A DNA stretch of 47,545 nt, taken from contig NW_021835560.1 in assembly GCF_006345805.1 (NCBI RefSeq), positions 1 to 47,545 of the forward strand, read 5' to 3'. The position numbers were made by a program, and so were the translations under genes. The notes below the pieces were generated by a model. That model was not told where the DNA came from and made no database searches. It worked only from the letters and a program-made list of their open reading frames with translations. This DNA comes from Octopus sinensis (taxonomy: Eukaryota). Below, in pieces: positions 11,519 through 25,075 of this stretch (positions are counted from its first letter, which is position 1; each line of letters opens with the position of its first letter).

Positions 11519-11579
<61 letters not shown>
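10238..11579. repeat. Three microsatellite clusters (10238-10387, 10985-11068, 11358-11579)
   Basis: TA, TG, AG and CATA runs separated by non-repetitive DNA. Confidence 0.9.
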
Positions 11580-11581
<2 letters not shown>

Positions 11582-12599
11582 TGCACGTCAGGTTGCCAAG
11601 TGTGTTTTTGTAGGAACGGATGTGGGTGAGCGTGAGAGTTTGTATGTTAGCGGAGGCAATCTATAGAATCAACATCTAGCTTCGAATTTATACGATTCTA
11701 CAGAAATCACTTATTAAAATGGTTGTTAAACTGAGGCAGAAATTGATGTGTTATTAAGGGGCTATTTTTGTTTGTTTCTTATTTGTTTTTCAGAACCAGT
11801 CAAATATTTTTCCTGTATATTTAGATCCCGTTATTTCAAGGTCTAGCTAGCATATTTTGGTCTTTGTCATTCTTCAACTTGGCCTCACTTATTTTAGACA
11901 TTCTATTCTTATATTACGCTAGATCTGAATGTCATTTCCAACAGTAAGATACATTATTTAGAAGCACTTTAAATTCTAGCACATCCTGTCATCTATAGTT
12001 TCTATTTTCGTTGTTCTATCTATCAGGTATACCATATTGGACTTTTTTGTGTTTAAAATCTTCGTAATCGGTAATAAAACAACCGAAATAATCCCTGCCT
12101 CCAGTTTCTGGATTGATAAACTCGTCGTCACCCATCAATTTATTTATTGGGTTGTTTTTTTTTCATAATTGCTTATGTCTTATAATGCATATGAATATTT
12201 TCAGCCTTTAATCTCTGACAAGGTATTTCTTGATCTATACTTCATTTGCATTTAACAACTGTGACCGTTGTAACAAAGGAAAAAAGAGAATCGATGAAGT
12301 TTATAAATAAGCACGTTTTAAGATAATTCTCGACTTGTTCATATTTGAACTTGCCAACATGAGATATCTACAAATATGCGAACGCGGTGGAGCATCATTA
12401 CACAAAATGGCAAGCTGGAACCCCGACCGAAAACACCATTATCATGAAATTTACTACGACTCACAGAGTTAATTGATGAAAAAGGAAATATAACAGCGAA
12501 AAACGTGGTGGACCATACTTAAGCTAGCAGAATTGATAGAAAATAATCGAGCAGCTTTGAAATGCATGCAGTCTAACAAAACCAAAATCATTATATTCA

Positions 12600-14230
12600 C
12601 AAAATTTGCTTCCGGCATCTAAACGCAATTCTTGACACATATCTCCCTATTCTCAAAACCCTTTTCTTATATTCTTCATGATGCACCATAATGTTTTTTC
12701 TTTCTTTTCATGTCACCTGTTGCATTCCTATTTTTGTTTCATTTTTCCGTCTTTTCGTTTTCCACGTTTCTCAAAATATGCAGCAGCAGATTATTTTTTT
12801 TATTGATTATTGGCGATGGTATTGTCTGCTAGTAAGAACCCTATTTCAGGGGCGAGTGTTATAACAGCGACACAGATAGCTATATATTTATCAGCAAATC
12901 CATCTTGCATTGACGATCCTACACTATACTTTGGCTAATTGTAAATATATTCTACTGGTACTAAAGTTTCATAATTGTTCCAAGAGCACAGCTTACTAAT
13001 AAATATAGTATCATTTGCATTAATTGTTCAAGTTAAGGGTTTAATTACTAATTTTGAACCATTTATTATGCAATTTGCAACTGAAATACACTGAGCAGCA
13101 ATTAAACAGTGAAGATTGAATTGATATTAGAGAATAATTCTGTAGAAGAGTCATTCACGAAACAGTCATCCTTTTCCCATTTGTCATCGAATGTTCTGAC
13201 TATATTTGGAATCGGTGCGAGATGGTAATACATTGAATAAAATTACGGAGTCAATAGATGACATAGCAATTATTTCCACCTCGGTATCTATACACTGACT
13301 ACTTTGGTTGTTTCGTCTACCTCGGTTGACGTTGTGTCCTTTATTGAGACGGCGTAGCAAAACATCCAACCGTCACTCAGAACCTTTAAGTGCATGCATA
13401 TTCAGGCTGGTCACATTTTCATTCCATGAACTCAACTGGAAATGGATCATACACCTCGCTTGCACTAAGAAATTCATTATGTTCAATCATTCAAACGGTA
13501 TAAATGATGGTCAAATGATATACACTTGTTTGTCGTCCATTCTTCATTTTAGCAGGAACACAGCCAAACTTCAGACTAAATGCATCTACATTGCCTAGCA
13601 GACTCTTTTTTCATCGTCTCTACTACTTTTCAAAAGCTCCTTTTCTTATATTGATAATATATCTGAATGTAATATTTCTTAAAGGTAATTGGAAACCGAT
13701 AGCAGTTATCTTATAAAATGTTGATAGGTCGTCCCTGACAACACGAATAGAAATCTATAACTCTAACGGTATCAAGTGGATATTTGTCACCCCTGATCTT
13801 ATTTTATTCGTTACGGAGCAGATTTCCTTCGAAATGTACTTAATTCAAAACTCCTACTAGTTCGCGATATTGTCTGAGAGAACTCTTCATCCAACCCGCT
13901 TACTTTCATTTGTCACTGAATCTCTTCCATGGTCTTCTTCATAATTAACAGGTATCCATCAGCCAGTTATTAATCATAAAGGAACATTGCATACAGTAAC
14001 ATTTTATATTATCTCAAATGGCTCTCCCATGTGAACGCGAGTGCGTCGTTTTGTTTTTAAGAAAGCAGAACTTGCTGAAGACCAAATCCATTACATACCT
14101 CAATTCGACATAATTCAGAGTGTAAATGCAAATGACCCCTTCCATTAAATTTGATGCTTAATTAGGCTAATATCGACTGGTCTCCCTATCGTGATTACAG
14201 GATGTTAAAATTTAAAAAACAAAGAAGTCC
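12600..14230 (-). mobile_element. Very old RTE-like LINE remnant (AP endonuclease to RT N-terminus)
   Basis: Faint ordered minus-strand motifs: VDI...WKGS, PVNYEED, LVGVLN (cf. GDLNA), FQLPLRNIT (cf. FQxPxRRxYTW), LLHIL; many stops and frameshifts. Confidence 0.4.
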
Positions 14231-14904
14231 CGAACAATTACATCATCCTACATATCCATAATTTATCCACGATATTGTGAAATGCAGCAGGTTCTTACCA
14301 AGTGAGTTACAAAACCAAGCGGTGAACTCACAGTACAAGATAAACGGAGACATACTGTGACGCCCTACAAAACGGTTAAAGGAAACTGCAAGTATTCAAT
14401 CGTTTTGTACTCGAAATCAAAGTACGTAAAAGGCACGACATATTGGGGGAGATGTAATCGATTCTAACGACACCATCATTACAAAGGCAAGAGATGGGGA
14501 TCTGAGTGAAAAAAGGTGAGCAAATTTATACCACCTGACACTTCATAAAGAACCCCATGAAACATATTATTTAACTGCGAAGTAAGCAATTATTTCAGTT
14601 ATTGTTTATTCCAATGTGAAGGGGTTTATTGTGAAAAGGGGCTTGTGGCTTCCTGAAAATATTCATTAATCTGCAAAGAAAGCTATTCACAAACTCGTGT
14701 TCGTTTATTAGTTAACTTGCACAATAATATAATCTGCAAATACATTTTAATTCTTAATATAATTTCTGTAATTTCTTTATTTCTTTATATTACGTGCACT
14801 CCACCCCAATTTGTTTGTCGCTTTATATTTTGAAATATATGTATTGGTTTACTCATAACGACTCTTATCCATCACCGACATACATCCACACACGTATAGC
14901 ACTA

Positions 14905-14927
14905 TATATGAATATACACACACGCAC

Positions 14928-15004
<77 letters not shown>

Positions 15005-15090
15005 GAATACACACACACACATATATATATATATATACATTCATGCATGTGTGTGTGTGTGTGTGTTTGTGAGTGTGTGTATATGTGGTG
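14905..15090. repeat. TA/CA/TG microsatellite field
   Basis: Direct repeats. Confidence 0.95.
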
Positions 15091-15459
15091 GGGTGTGAAC
15101 ACACTCATTTCTCTTCCGTTCTTTCCAATATTATTATCATAATATTCTATTTTGATTATATGTATTTTATCATATTTTTTCTTTCTTTTTCTGCTTCTTA
15201 AAATACTTCATCTTTCCCATCACATTCTTCATAAATTTTATTCATTTTCCTTCTCTGAATGGATTCGAATATCTGTTTTTCTTTTTATATTTCACTATTC
15301 CTGCTTCTTATTGAGTCTGTCTCTATCTCGTATTCATAGAATCACAGCTTCTCTTTGTAACGTCACAGCGTTTCTCATCGCAATATACTTCACATGCACA
15401 GATCACGCTTATCAATTTTCCTGTCTCTCTCTTATTTCCCTCTACGTTGTTTCCATCAT

Positions 15460-15490
15460 TCTCTCCCTCTTTCTCTCTCATTCATTCTCT

Positions 15491-15568
<78 letters not shown>
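15460..15568. repeat. (CT)n microsatellite
   Basis: Direct repeat. Confidence 0.95.
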
Positions 15569-15941
15569 CGATACAATTGTACCTCTTTCTGCCACCCCCT
15601 ATGAGAGTTGCTGTATGTGCTAAATTAGAAATATCAAATTTGACAGGAGGCGCGGAAACATTCATTTTGTCTTTCATGCATGCTGTCCAAACGACGACAA
15701 TAACGATACACGGCTTGAAATACAGCTTTAACAACACTTGAAGCTATTTTCATTTCCTTCTAAACTTAAAACGATTCTTTACAGTTACGCCATTTAAAAT
15801 TGAAATATCTTCTTTTGTTTTCATTTTTGTTACGTGTTTACCGTGTGTTTTACAAGGAAACCACCAATAGAAGCAATATATTAAAACTGATCAGCTCTTC
15901 ATAAATCTCTTTCAGTTCTTTTCCGCTAAATTATAGCGCCT

Positions 15942-15958
15942 TATTATTATTATCAGTA

Positions 15959-16030
<72 letters not shown>
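15942..16030. repeat. (ATT)n microsatellite
   Basis: Direct repeat. Confidence 0.95.
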
Positions 16031-16031
<1 letters not shown>

Positions 16032-17080
16032 CATCGTTACTTTTGCTTCGTTTTGTCGCGTCCTCGCTTTCTTTTCTCTGCATATTATACAGTAAAATTT
16101 AATTATAGAAAGCAATAGTTACTTTGTTTATTAAGTTTTTTTTAAACAATGCCAACGGAAAACGAACAAAAATACTGCAGTATAATTAAAAATAACTAGT
16201 TTATATATTTCGTTTTATGTTTATGTTTTCTTACTCTTTTAATATTCAAGTTACTAAAATTAAAGCAAGCGAAATGAAAACGGCAAAACGACTGGGTAAC
16301 AATGCGCATAAAGGAAACGAAATTACACACAACATTGCAGTATTTTTCTACATTATATTTTTCACTGTTTTCTCGTTCTCGGCTTGTTTATATGGATACT
16401 GATTAGTTTGTCAGATGTAAACGCTATATATCAAAATGAAATGTAAACTAGAAATTGCCCAAAAGCCAAAGCTGTCGTAATTAAAATAATACAAATTTGC
16501 TAATATTGAAAGACGAGAGGAAACTTCCTATTTATTTATATAAGCCATAATTTACAGTATCTATTCTACATGCTAAAATCTACAAATAACTTATCGATAA
16601 ATTACATAAAAATAACCCTCCGTAATATCATAAAACGTCACATCGATTATATCCTTTCATTAATCAATTAAATAGAAGTTCATATAAAATTAACTTTAGT
16701 TTATCAGTTTACAACTAAATTAACTTTCTAAATATTTCGTAAGCGAAATGTCATATCTCAGTGTATTATTATATTTATTTCATCGGTCGAGATTACCATC
16801 AACAAATCATAGATAAACCTATCCTTAATTTCATTTCGGGATGTTTTAATTCTGGTGATACATTCTAATTGTGGTATAGCCGTGTGTCTAATAAATTCGC
16901 ATCTCTGTCAATTTGATCAGTGTTAGTCCCTAATGCACCACACATTGAAAAGGGATATTTTGTCATAACCTTTGCTTGACCAAATATTTGTAAGTGGGTT
17001 CTGATGTGCAGACCTTGTGCCGAAGACTGCTCTGTATATATGTATGTGTTGGTGTCTATAGCTGTACTTGTGTGAGTTTA

Positions 17081-17679
17081 TATTTATTTATTGTCCACAC
17101 GAGGCTAAACATGGAGGGGACAAACAAGGACATACAAAGGAATTAAATCGATTATATAGACTCCAGTGCGTAACTGGTACTTATTTAATCGACCCCGAAA
17201 GAATGGAATGCAAAGTCAACACCGGCGGAATTTGAACTCAGAACGTAGCGGCAGACGAAATACCTATTTCTTTACTACCCACAAGGGGCTAAATACAGAG
17301 GGGACAAACAAGGACAGGCAAATGGATAAAGTCAATTATATCGCCCCCCAGTGCGTAACTGGTACTTACTTTATCAACTCTGAAAGGATGAAAGGCAAAG
17401 TCAACATCGGCGGAATTTCAACTCAGAACGTAGCGGCAGACGAAATACCTATTTCTTTACTACCCACAAGGGCTACGCACAGAGGGGACAAACAAGGACA
17501 GGCAAATGGATTAAGTCGATTATATCGCCCCCAGTGCGTAACTGGTACTGATTTAATCGACCCCGAAAGGATGAAAGGCAAAGTCGACCTCGGCGGAATT
17601 TGAACTCAGAACGTAACGGCAAACGAAATACGGCTACGCATTTCGTCCAGCGTGCTAACGTTTCTGCCAGCTCGCCGCC
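17081..17679 (-). mobile_element. SINE type A trimer (one head plus three units of about 185 bp)
   Basis: Unit boundaries (tatttctttactacccacaagg or a variant) at about 17081, 17265 and 17450; a single head ending gccagctcgccgcc at 17679. Confidence 0.9.
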
Positions 17680-19003
17680 CTGTATATAATTTATATAAAC
17701 AGGCTAGGAACATGATCCTATATATCGAGCACAGTGTTTTTTTAGGTAGTCTCTGCACCAAGAATAACCTCTTTTCCTATCTAACCTACCGATAACACCA
17801 ATAGCAGATTAACTACTGCGTTGATGTGATATACTAACACCACTGATATCCCCTGCATATGACAGATGCGTTAGTGGAGCCTCAGCCCTTGGGGGAACAA
17901 CCGAATAACGTATCATATATGACTCAAGAATTAATCAGAATTCCGATTTTAGTTGACTGAATAAAGTAACAGGTGAACGAAGCTAGAATATTTACGCACC
18001 ATTGCTTCAACTCGCATAAACGGTAAAAGGCAGGAAACTTCCCTTGTTCCTATTGTTGTTCTTACATTCCAGCTCCACGTCTGTCCTGATCGAGTAGATT
18101 TTTATGATCAAAGTTGTTCAATCAATACAAGCCCTATCGTTTTCTATAAGCACAATTATATTATTCAATACGTCTTCCTTTTTTGCGGTAACACATTGTG
18201 TTCTGAGGGAAATTTTAACATTATTAATTGTCGAAGTATCCCGTTTGTCCGAGAATTTGTTTACGATTTATTGATTTTTGGCAATGGAATTAGCAGAATT
18301 CATTATATGTGTCTTCATCTTCTACGTTATGCCTTGAGCTTTTCAACGTTTAGACTGTTATCCGGTTTATGTCGAGAAATATATTATCCTTCATTAAATC
18401 AATTAACATTTGAAATCATATATCCCACTTACACCAAAGGAAACACGGCATCGTATACGCGTTTTACTACAAATATCGAACACACAAGAAAAGCGAGTGT
18501 ATATATATAAATATATCTTAGTATACGTTCATTAGGTGGGAGATTTTATTCTGTGGCTAAAGGGTTTTTCTCCAAATAAATGGCTTCGTAACAACTGCGT
18601 TGCAGAATGTCATCTGCCAGGAATGGGACTTAACCAATAATTAGTGAATGGAATTTAATAACTGAAAAACATTGGGGAAGCACTTCGAAGGAAATTTCCC
18701 TGACTTTTGGTGGTAGTTATAAAATGTCTCCCTATTCAAATCCGTTATTGCTTCTCGAGTAACTTTAGAAAAGGCTATTTTGTTCTATATGTTTTTGTCA
18801 AGCCATTTCTCTATATATAACATTATACATCAAATCCCTGACCGCATTTACCTTCTAAAAAGTGTTATGGGAACTGCTCTTGCAACTATCACACAGCGAG
18901 GTGGACTTTGTACTTTTCTCCCTGCATTTCTTCCCACCAACTTAGCTTGTATTGTTGCCAGTAAAATAGGGAAGGAGAGGGAAATCTTCAGCAGTGAATA
19001 GAC

Positions 19004-19342
19004 CTGCATCATAGCCATGTGGAGTGGAATTCTTTGGAGTTTGAGTGATTTACCTCTGGAAACGTGGGGGTGTTTCGTTCAACATCCTTAAACAACCCTT
19101 ATTCGGGGACCGTTTGAGCTGGATAGGCTAGTCGACCTGAAAAATTCTAACTGGGCCTCATCTGTAAGATCATGCGCTGTTTATCTTGCTATGAGATCAC
19201 AATGTGGCGCACATATGGTTGTGATGCATGTACCTAGTGTGCCCTTATCAGACGGGTAATCATGATGGGTATACTGGACTTTGTATATTCTACTCCAGCG
19301 CGAATTTGATAGCATGCGCTTCTCTCTCACTCAATAATAATA
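19004..19342 (+). mobile_element. Probable retroposon 3' end with (AAT)n tail
   Basis: GC-richer block ending ctctctcactcAATAATAATA; resembles an interspersed octopus repeat from memory; single copy in this window. Confidence 0.4.
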
Positions 19343-19956
19343 GTATTGTTAGCGGTATGTGTTAATGCAAAACTGTTAAGATATAATTATTTGTCACAGA
19401 AATTGTCTTCTCGAAGTTTTTATTAATAACATACTTTTCGGAATAATTTACGTGACCTGGTTTTCGAATGCGAATTTGGTTAATATGTTATCTGGTAATT
19501 CATCTTGTATCAGAACTCTCGTACATACACCATTTCTTAAGTGTATTTGTCTACATTTTAGTTCACATTAGTAATAGTGATATTTTGTATCATATTTGTG
19601 TAAGATGGAAGACGCTTGAGTAAAGCCTGCTTTAATATTGTCATTCAAACACATGATTACTTCAACTGTCATCTGTATATTTTATTGACACAGACATATC
19701 TTTATTAAAAATGACATAAGTCTGAATATTTTTAGCTTAGGTCTACGATGAATAAAATATCATTCTACTTTCAAAACTACAAAATCTATAATCTGTTATG
19801 GATTGTCAGTTTGTTTACTTACATGGAGTCACGAAAAACACTTAACTTCCTCAACAACACTTATACTTAGACACATTTACTCATGATATCGTCTCATTTT
19901 CAGAAAAAAAGCATAAATACATTAATAAGTATAAAGAAAGCAACATACGACTGCTC

Positions 19957-20277
19957 ATTATTTACATTATTTACATTTGACGGATATTTGACCTCATTCT
20001 TTTTGTTGTTAACAAAACGTTTCGTCTGATATACTCTCCAGCCTTCATTAGGAGTCTTGGGTGAATTTCGAACCTGGATTCTCATTCCTAAGGTATTTTT
20101 CCGATGTTATTATTATTAGAGAATGAAAACCCAGGTTCGAAATTTCCTCACGACACCCGATGAAGGCTGCAGAGATCATCAGCCGAAACTTTGTGTTAAC
20201 AACAAACAAAATGAGGGGAAATATCCGTCAAGTGTAAATAATGTACATAATTACTAATCTCTCAAATATAGAACTGT
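19957..20277. mobile_element. Fold-back probable PLE-derived element with a decayed hammerhead in each arm
   Basis: Inverted arms about 19957-20087 and 20121-20250; motifs at 20011-20056 (-) and 20152-20197 (+) combine to GACAC-CTGATGA-AGGCTG-loop-CAGCC-GAAAC-GTT-GTGTT. Confidence 0.75.
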
Positions 20278-20360
20278 ATACGAATGCACCACAGTTTCTT
20301 CTAAATAAATTTCAGGGGGAGATGTCCAGAAGTAGACATCATACACGCATAAAATCCTGC

Positions 20361-21070
20361 TTTCAAATTTTGGCACAACACTAGCAGTTTCGGTTGTAGT
20401 GTGTGATTTGATACATCGATCCCAGTGCGCAAGTAGAACTTATTATATCAACCTCAAAAGGACGGGACCTAATGTCAACCACGAAATCTGAGAACTTAAA
20501 ATAGACCTTGGCGGGATTTGAACTGAGAACAATGAGACGGACGAAATGCCGCTAAGCATTTTGTCTGGCGCACAATCGATTCTAACATCTCACCGCCTTA
20601 CATATATTGCATACTGGTTTCAAATTTTGACACAAAACAGTAAGTTCGGGAGAGTGAGTGCCGGTTGAGCAGTAAGATCGACCCTATAGCTCAACAGATG
20701 CTTAATTTATCGACCCCAGAATTTAAGACACAAATGTCGACACGGCAAGATTTGAACTAAAAACGTAAAGACAGCTGGAATGTCACTCAGCATTTTCTCG
20801 GTGTGTTTAAACGTTCTGCTAGCTTACCACTTCAATATATTATATAAAATATTACATATTGATATCAAATTTTAGTACAAAGCCAGCGATTTAGTATCAG
20901 TGGGCATGTTGAGTGCATCGCCAATACTGCTGAACTAGTATTTTCTTTATCGATCTCGAAACGCCGCAAGAATAATCTGTCCTCGGCAGAATTTGTAGAA
21001 CATAAAGACGGAAGAAATGTCGCAAACCATTTTGTGCAGCAGTGTAACGGTGCTGCCAGCTTGCCAACTT
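20361..21070 (-). mobile_element. Three head-to-tail degenerate SINEs (type A head, alternative tail)
   Basis: Copies at about 20361-20599, 20615-20832 and 20858-21070, each starting near tcaaattttggcacaa and ending near gccagctcgccgcc on the + strand. Confidence 0.75.
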
Positions 21071-21169
21071 ACATATTTCCTTTAATACTAAAATATTATA
21101 AACGCAGGTTACTACAAAATGTTGGCTTTGAAAAGTAAGCAAAAAGATTGATGTCAGAAGAGAAAATAC

Positions 21170-21325
21170 CCTGTAGCATTTCTTTCGGTTCTTAGAACTC
21201 TAAGCTGAAATTCAGCCAAGGTCAATATAACCTTCATTCTCTCAGGATCGATAACATAAGGTTACTCTGAAGTAATCAAGACAAATTTAACCCTTTTTCT
21301 CACAATCATGGTATAACTGTATCGA
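21170..21325 (+). mobile_element. Degenerate SINE (type A-related) fragment
   Basis: ctaagctgaaattcagccaaggtcaatataaccttcattctctcaggatcgataa aligns loosely to the type A body. Confidence 0.45.
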
Positions 21326-21555
21326 AATTAGACATGCATCTTGTAAGAGGCTTAAACATGATATTCACTAGTACTATTACACCCTTATAAAAAAGCGTTA
21401 TATATATTACCTTATAAAAGGTAATATATATATAACTCTTTCTTAATAGTAGAGTTTTAGGTTTCAGGACAATTTCCTTCATGTCGATGATACGTCTATA
21501 TCACAGCAATATCATATTTTAAAAGATACGTTATTATTTATTCGAAAGTGAATAA

Positions 21556-21629
21556 TATGTGTGCGTGCGCATATACATACACACACAGATATATAAATAT
21601 GTATATATATATATATACATATATATATA

Positions 21630-21682
<53 letters not shown>

Positions 21683-21703
21683 GTATGTATATATACATAC
21701 ATA
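21556..21703. repeat. TA/TG/CA microsatellite field
   Basis: Direct repeats. Confidence 0.95.
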
Positions 21704-21863
21704 CACATGATGTAATTATTTTGCTCATCAATAAAGAACACATCTGAAACAGCTGTAGTGGACCTCAACTACATACATACCCTACCACAGATGGGCAGAG
21801 ATTCTCCGCAACTGCTTCAGACGTGTTCTTTACTGATGAGCAAAACCATAATTACATCATGTG
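21704..21863. repeat. Inverted repeat abutting a microsatellite
   Basis: Arms 21704-21752 and 21812-21863 (about 50 bp); the right arm contains CTGATGAG. Confidence 0.8.
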
Positions 21864-23640
21864 AAAAACCCCCTTTCTTCTGATGAATTAAGTATCAATT
21901 TAACATTTAGGTCTTTTCACACGAATAGTAGATACAGCATAGTTCCTCACCCCCACACAAACAAATACACACCCAGTCTCGGTTACAGTTAAGCCTTTTA
22001 TATAAATTCACGCATACACACGCACAACTATAGATAAACACACACTACACATGCACTCACATATGTAATATGTGAGTCCAACAAGCTAAACATTCGGTTC
22101 CCAAATATGGTGTCGTGCCTTTAAATCCAAAGCAAGTGCAAACCTGTGCTGTGTCGGTGAGCAACGCACTTCAATACTAGTCGTTGTATCAGTCTACTTA
22201 ACTAGTCGTGAATATGAGTGGATTGCTTCTGTTGCTTTCCCTCCCTTCTGGTGTCATATTATAAATATGTTGATGTCTAAAAGTGCGGGAGTCTCAAATG
22301 ATTACCTGTGATTACCTGCAATTTAAATGCAACTAGAACAATACGTGAAAACATGGAACATGTTATCAAGCCATAACGTATATATATGTAAATACATATA
22401 TATACATACACACATAAACATTTATATATATTCATACATACAATTATATACATGTGTATGTGTGTGTGCATAATTGACCTTTCCAATAAGTTTCTCTGTT
22501 GCCGGATAATATTTGCTTTAACACCGTAGTGCAGGAAATGTCAATGCGTTCAGTTTGTCTAATTTGTATATATTTGTGTCTAATAATCATACTAAAACAC
22601 TCTTATTAATACTAAGGTATTGGAAATAGTGATTTATAAATAATGTGTTGTTTTAAAGATGCCGAAAGAACAAAAAGTAAACTCTGAATTTCTAAGTCGT
22701 AAAGACAATAGAATTAGAAGGAAATCTATTTTGAGTTAATTCGTTTAAATTAGATTCATTTATATAATTTAACTTGGGTTTCTAGACAATGATCACGATT
22801 TATAAATGTCATTAAAGACACCCTGACAATATTCAATACGCGAGAAGACAAGTAAGCCATTATTAATTTACAACATTCAAAAAATAACAAAATAACAAAT
22901 AGCAAGCACCATTTTATCGTCGAGACGACTTCGAGATAGGTTACACAATATATTTTAGATATCAAATAGAGAGTAACGAATGCTGGTTTTACGGACATCA
23001 GATTCGGTAATTTTTAGTGTAGATAAAGGTAATAAACAATTACACGGCTGTAGAGTGATGATAGCTCTTTGAACCGAATGTATATCGCAGTATTCACTTC
23101 TGTTTTAGTTTCTGAGAGTGCTTTATATAATATACATAGTGTCAAAATATTTCGGCGTAAATCTACGACCTTGTCACTGATACACATTCGGTTTATCTAT
23201 GGTATGTCAAATGTTGGCCAGTTCTTTTGGCCATAAGAGAGATTTATACTCTTTTTTCTTTCTTCTTTGTTTCCTTCAGAGAATTTGCATTATTATTCTA
23301 GACATATTTTTCACTGGGAAGCAAATTTCGCTAAACGTTTGGAATCTGTGGTACCATAAAGACATGCAGGGGATGAACATTTTAATAGTCTTTTCCCAGT
23401 TGCCATACGGCGACTGTATGAAGGCTCACCGTTAGTAGATTACAGAGAGGTAGCGCTAAGCAATGATATGTGGAATTGGAATATTATTATCACGATGAAT
23501 ATTATTCAGTCAATTTCAATTCGGTGAACACGTTACTCACTGTGCACCCCGTCTGTAATTATAGATTAAGGATAGATGTTATAATGTATGTAACATACCA
23601 GATTTTTTGTCAGTACTGACGTATAACCACCAATAATTAC

Positions 23641-23986
23641 TACCTACGCCTTCGCTAGGGCGGAGGTATTGTTTATAATCGTGTCTGTTTGTCCGAGGAT
23701 GAGATATCTCAAGAATCGCTTGATGGATTCAGATGTTTGACTTCGTGATTGGCACGAAGTGATTAGATTTTGGAATTGATCCGATACCGGACAAGGATTC
23801 TGGATTACTTTTCCTGTCTTTTTACTTAATTTTTGAGAGCGGTCGGCTTCATTTTCGATATTCTTGTTTGTAAGAGCGGTCGAGTATATTTCTGATATTT
23901 TCATTTCAACACTCATCTCTGGCTAATCGTTGAGAGGACGTTGGTGTTGCCTTGGCGGAGGTTTGCGCTTTCTGAGTGCTCTTGTT
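23641..23986 (+). mobile_element. DINE-1/HINE-like non-autonomous Helentron element
   Basis: 5' tacctacgcc, inverted copy ggcggaggta (23659-23668), short gtct/gttt repeat, 3' ggcggaggt (23954-23962), terminal hairpin gcgctt-tct-gagtgc, T-rich end. Confidence 0.75.
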
Positions 23987-24449
23987 ATTTATTAAAATTA
24001 ATATGAAACGAAAATCACAATGGAATGATTTGAAAGATGCACTTATGTAATTCTCATTTTGAATAACCGTTTAAAATACAGTTATTACTCACACATGCGA
24101 TATGAGTTCAAATATAAAAACAAAACGTTCCAATGTTAACTACACAGTATATAACTTTACAGAAGAAATGGAATGTTCTGTCTTTGGTTTGGTGTTCCGA
24201 TGCGATGTGTTCACTTCTTTACCACAATTATGAGCATTTCCTTAAACGACAAATTAAAGTGCTACTAGTATTACCAGCTTAATATTTTTATAAACATGTC
24301 TATAATTAATGCAAATTTCATATCGAGGAATGTGAGACAGTGTGACGTGCTTCGGTCTTTGAGTTTCAGATAAAAGCCAAAGTGGGAAAGAAAGATAATT
24401 CGACACCAGTGCTGCCGAAGAATCTTATATACCAACTACGAATTTATTA

Positions 24450-24625
24450 GTCTCAAATTATGGTACAAGGCTAGCAATTAGTATGGAGGTAGTAGATTAC
24501 AGATCTTGGCTGGTTCTTTATTTTATTGTAGCCTGCCCCAAATAATGCATGGCCAAGTTAACTTCGGCGTGATTTGAACTCAGATTGTAAAGACAGCAGG
24601 AAATGAAGTTTTACTTTGCCGCCAA
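24450..24625 (-). mobile_element. Degenerate SINE (type A head, alternative tail)
   Basis: tcaaattatggtacaaggctagcaatt ... ttcggcgtgatttgaactcagattgtaaagac matches the 20361-21070 copies. Confidence 0.55.
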
Positions 24626-24952
24626 TTATAGCAAAGTTATCCACACCCAGAACACGAGAAGGGCGAGGGCACTCTATAATTTCTTCTACAGATCCTGTGA
24701 ATCCACTGTTTTGCAATTTAATGGTGGACATTCTAACTAAATAAATTAGATATTTAAGCGCAAGTAGTTTATTGATTTCAAACAAATTTATACAATTTTC
24801 ATGCAATGTCAGAAAAATTATTCAATGTTTTATTTGAATTTATATCTATATGTGTGTATATGTGTATGTCTGTGTAAACAAACAAACATACGTACATACA
24901 TGCGCATATATATGTATGTATATATAAATATATTTACGTATATTCTATATAT

Positions 24953-24979
24953 TATTATCATTCTTCTTCTTCTTCTTCC

Positions 24980-25011
<32 letters not shown>

Positions 25012-25020
25012 TTCTTCTTC

Positions 25021-25061
<41 letters not shown>

Positions 25062-25075
25062 CATTATTATTATTA
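24953..25075. repeat. (CTT)n(ATT)n compound microsatellite
   Basis: Direct repeats. Confidence 0.95.

Noticed and set aside
17081-17679. CRISPR-like or gene-like tandem array
   Set aside because: Units are 185-bp SINE bodies without unique spacers; eukaryotic context.
23250-23455. Candidate exon after a polypyrimidine tract and AG at 23279
   Set aside because: All frames hit stops before the candidate GT; FNSLFPVAIRRL looks more like a CR1/L2-type LINE C-terminus, too weak to call.
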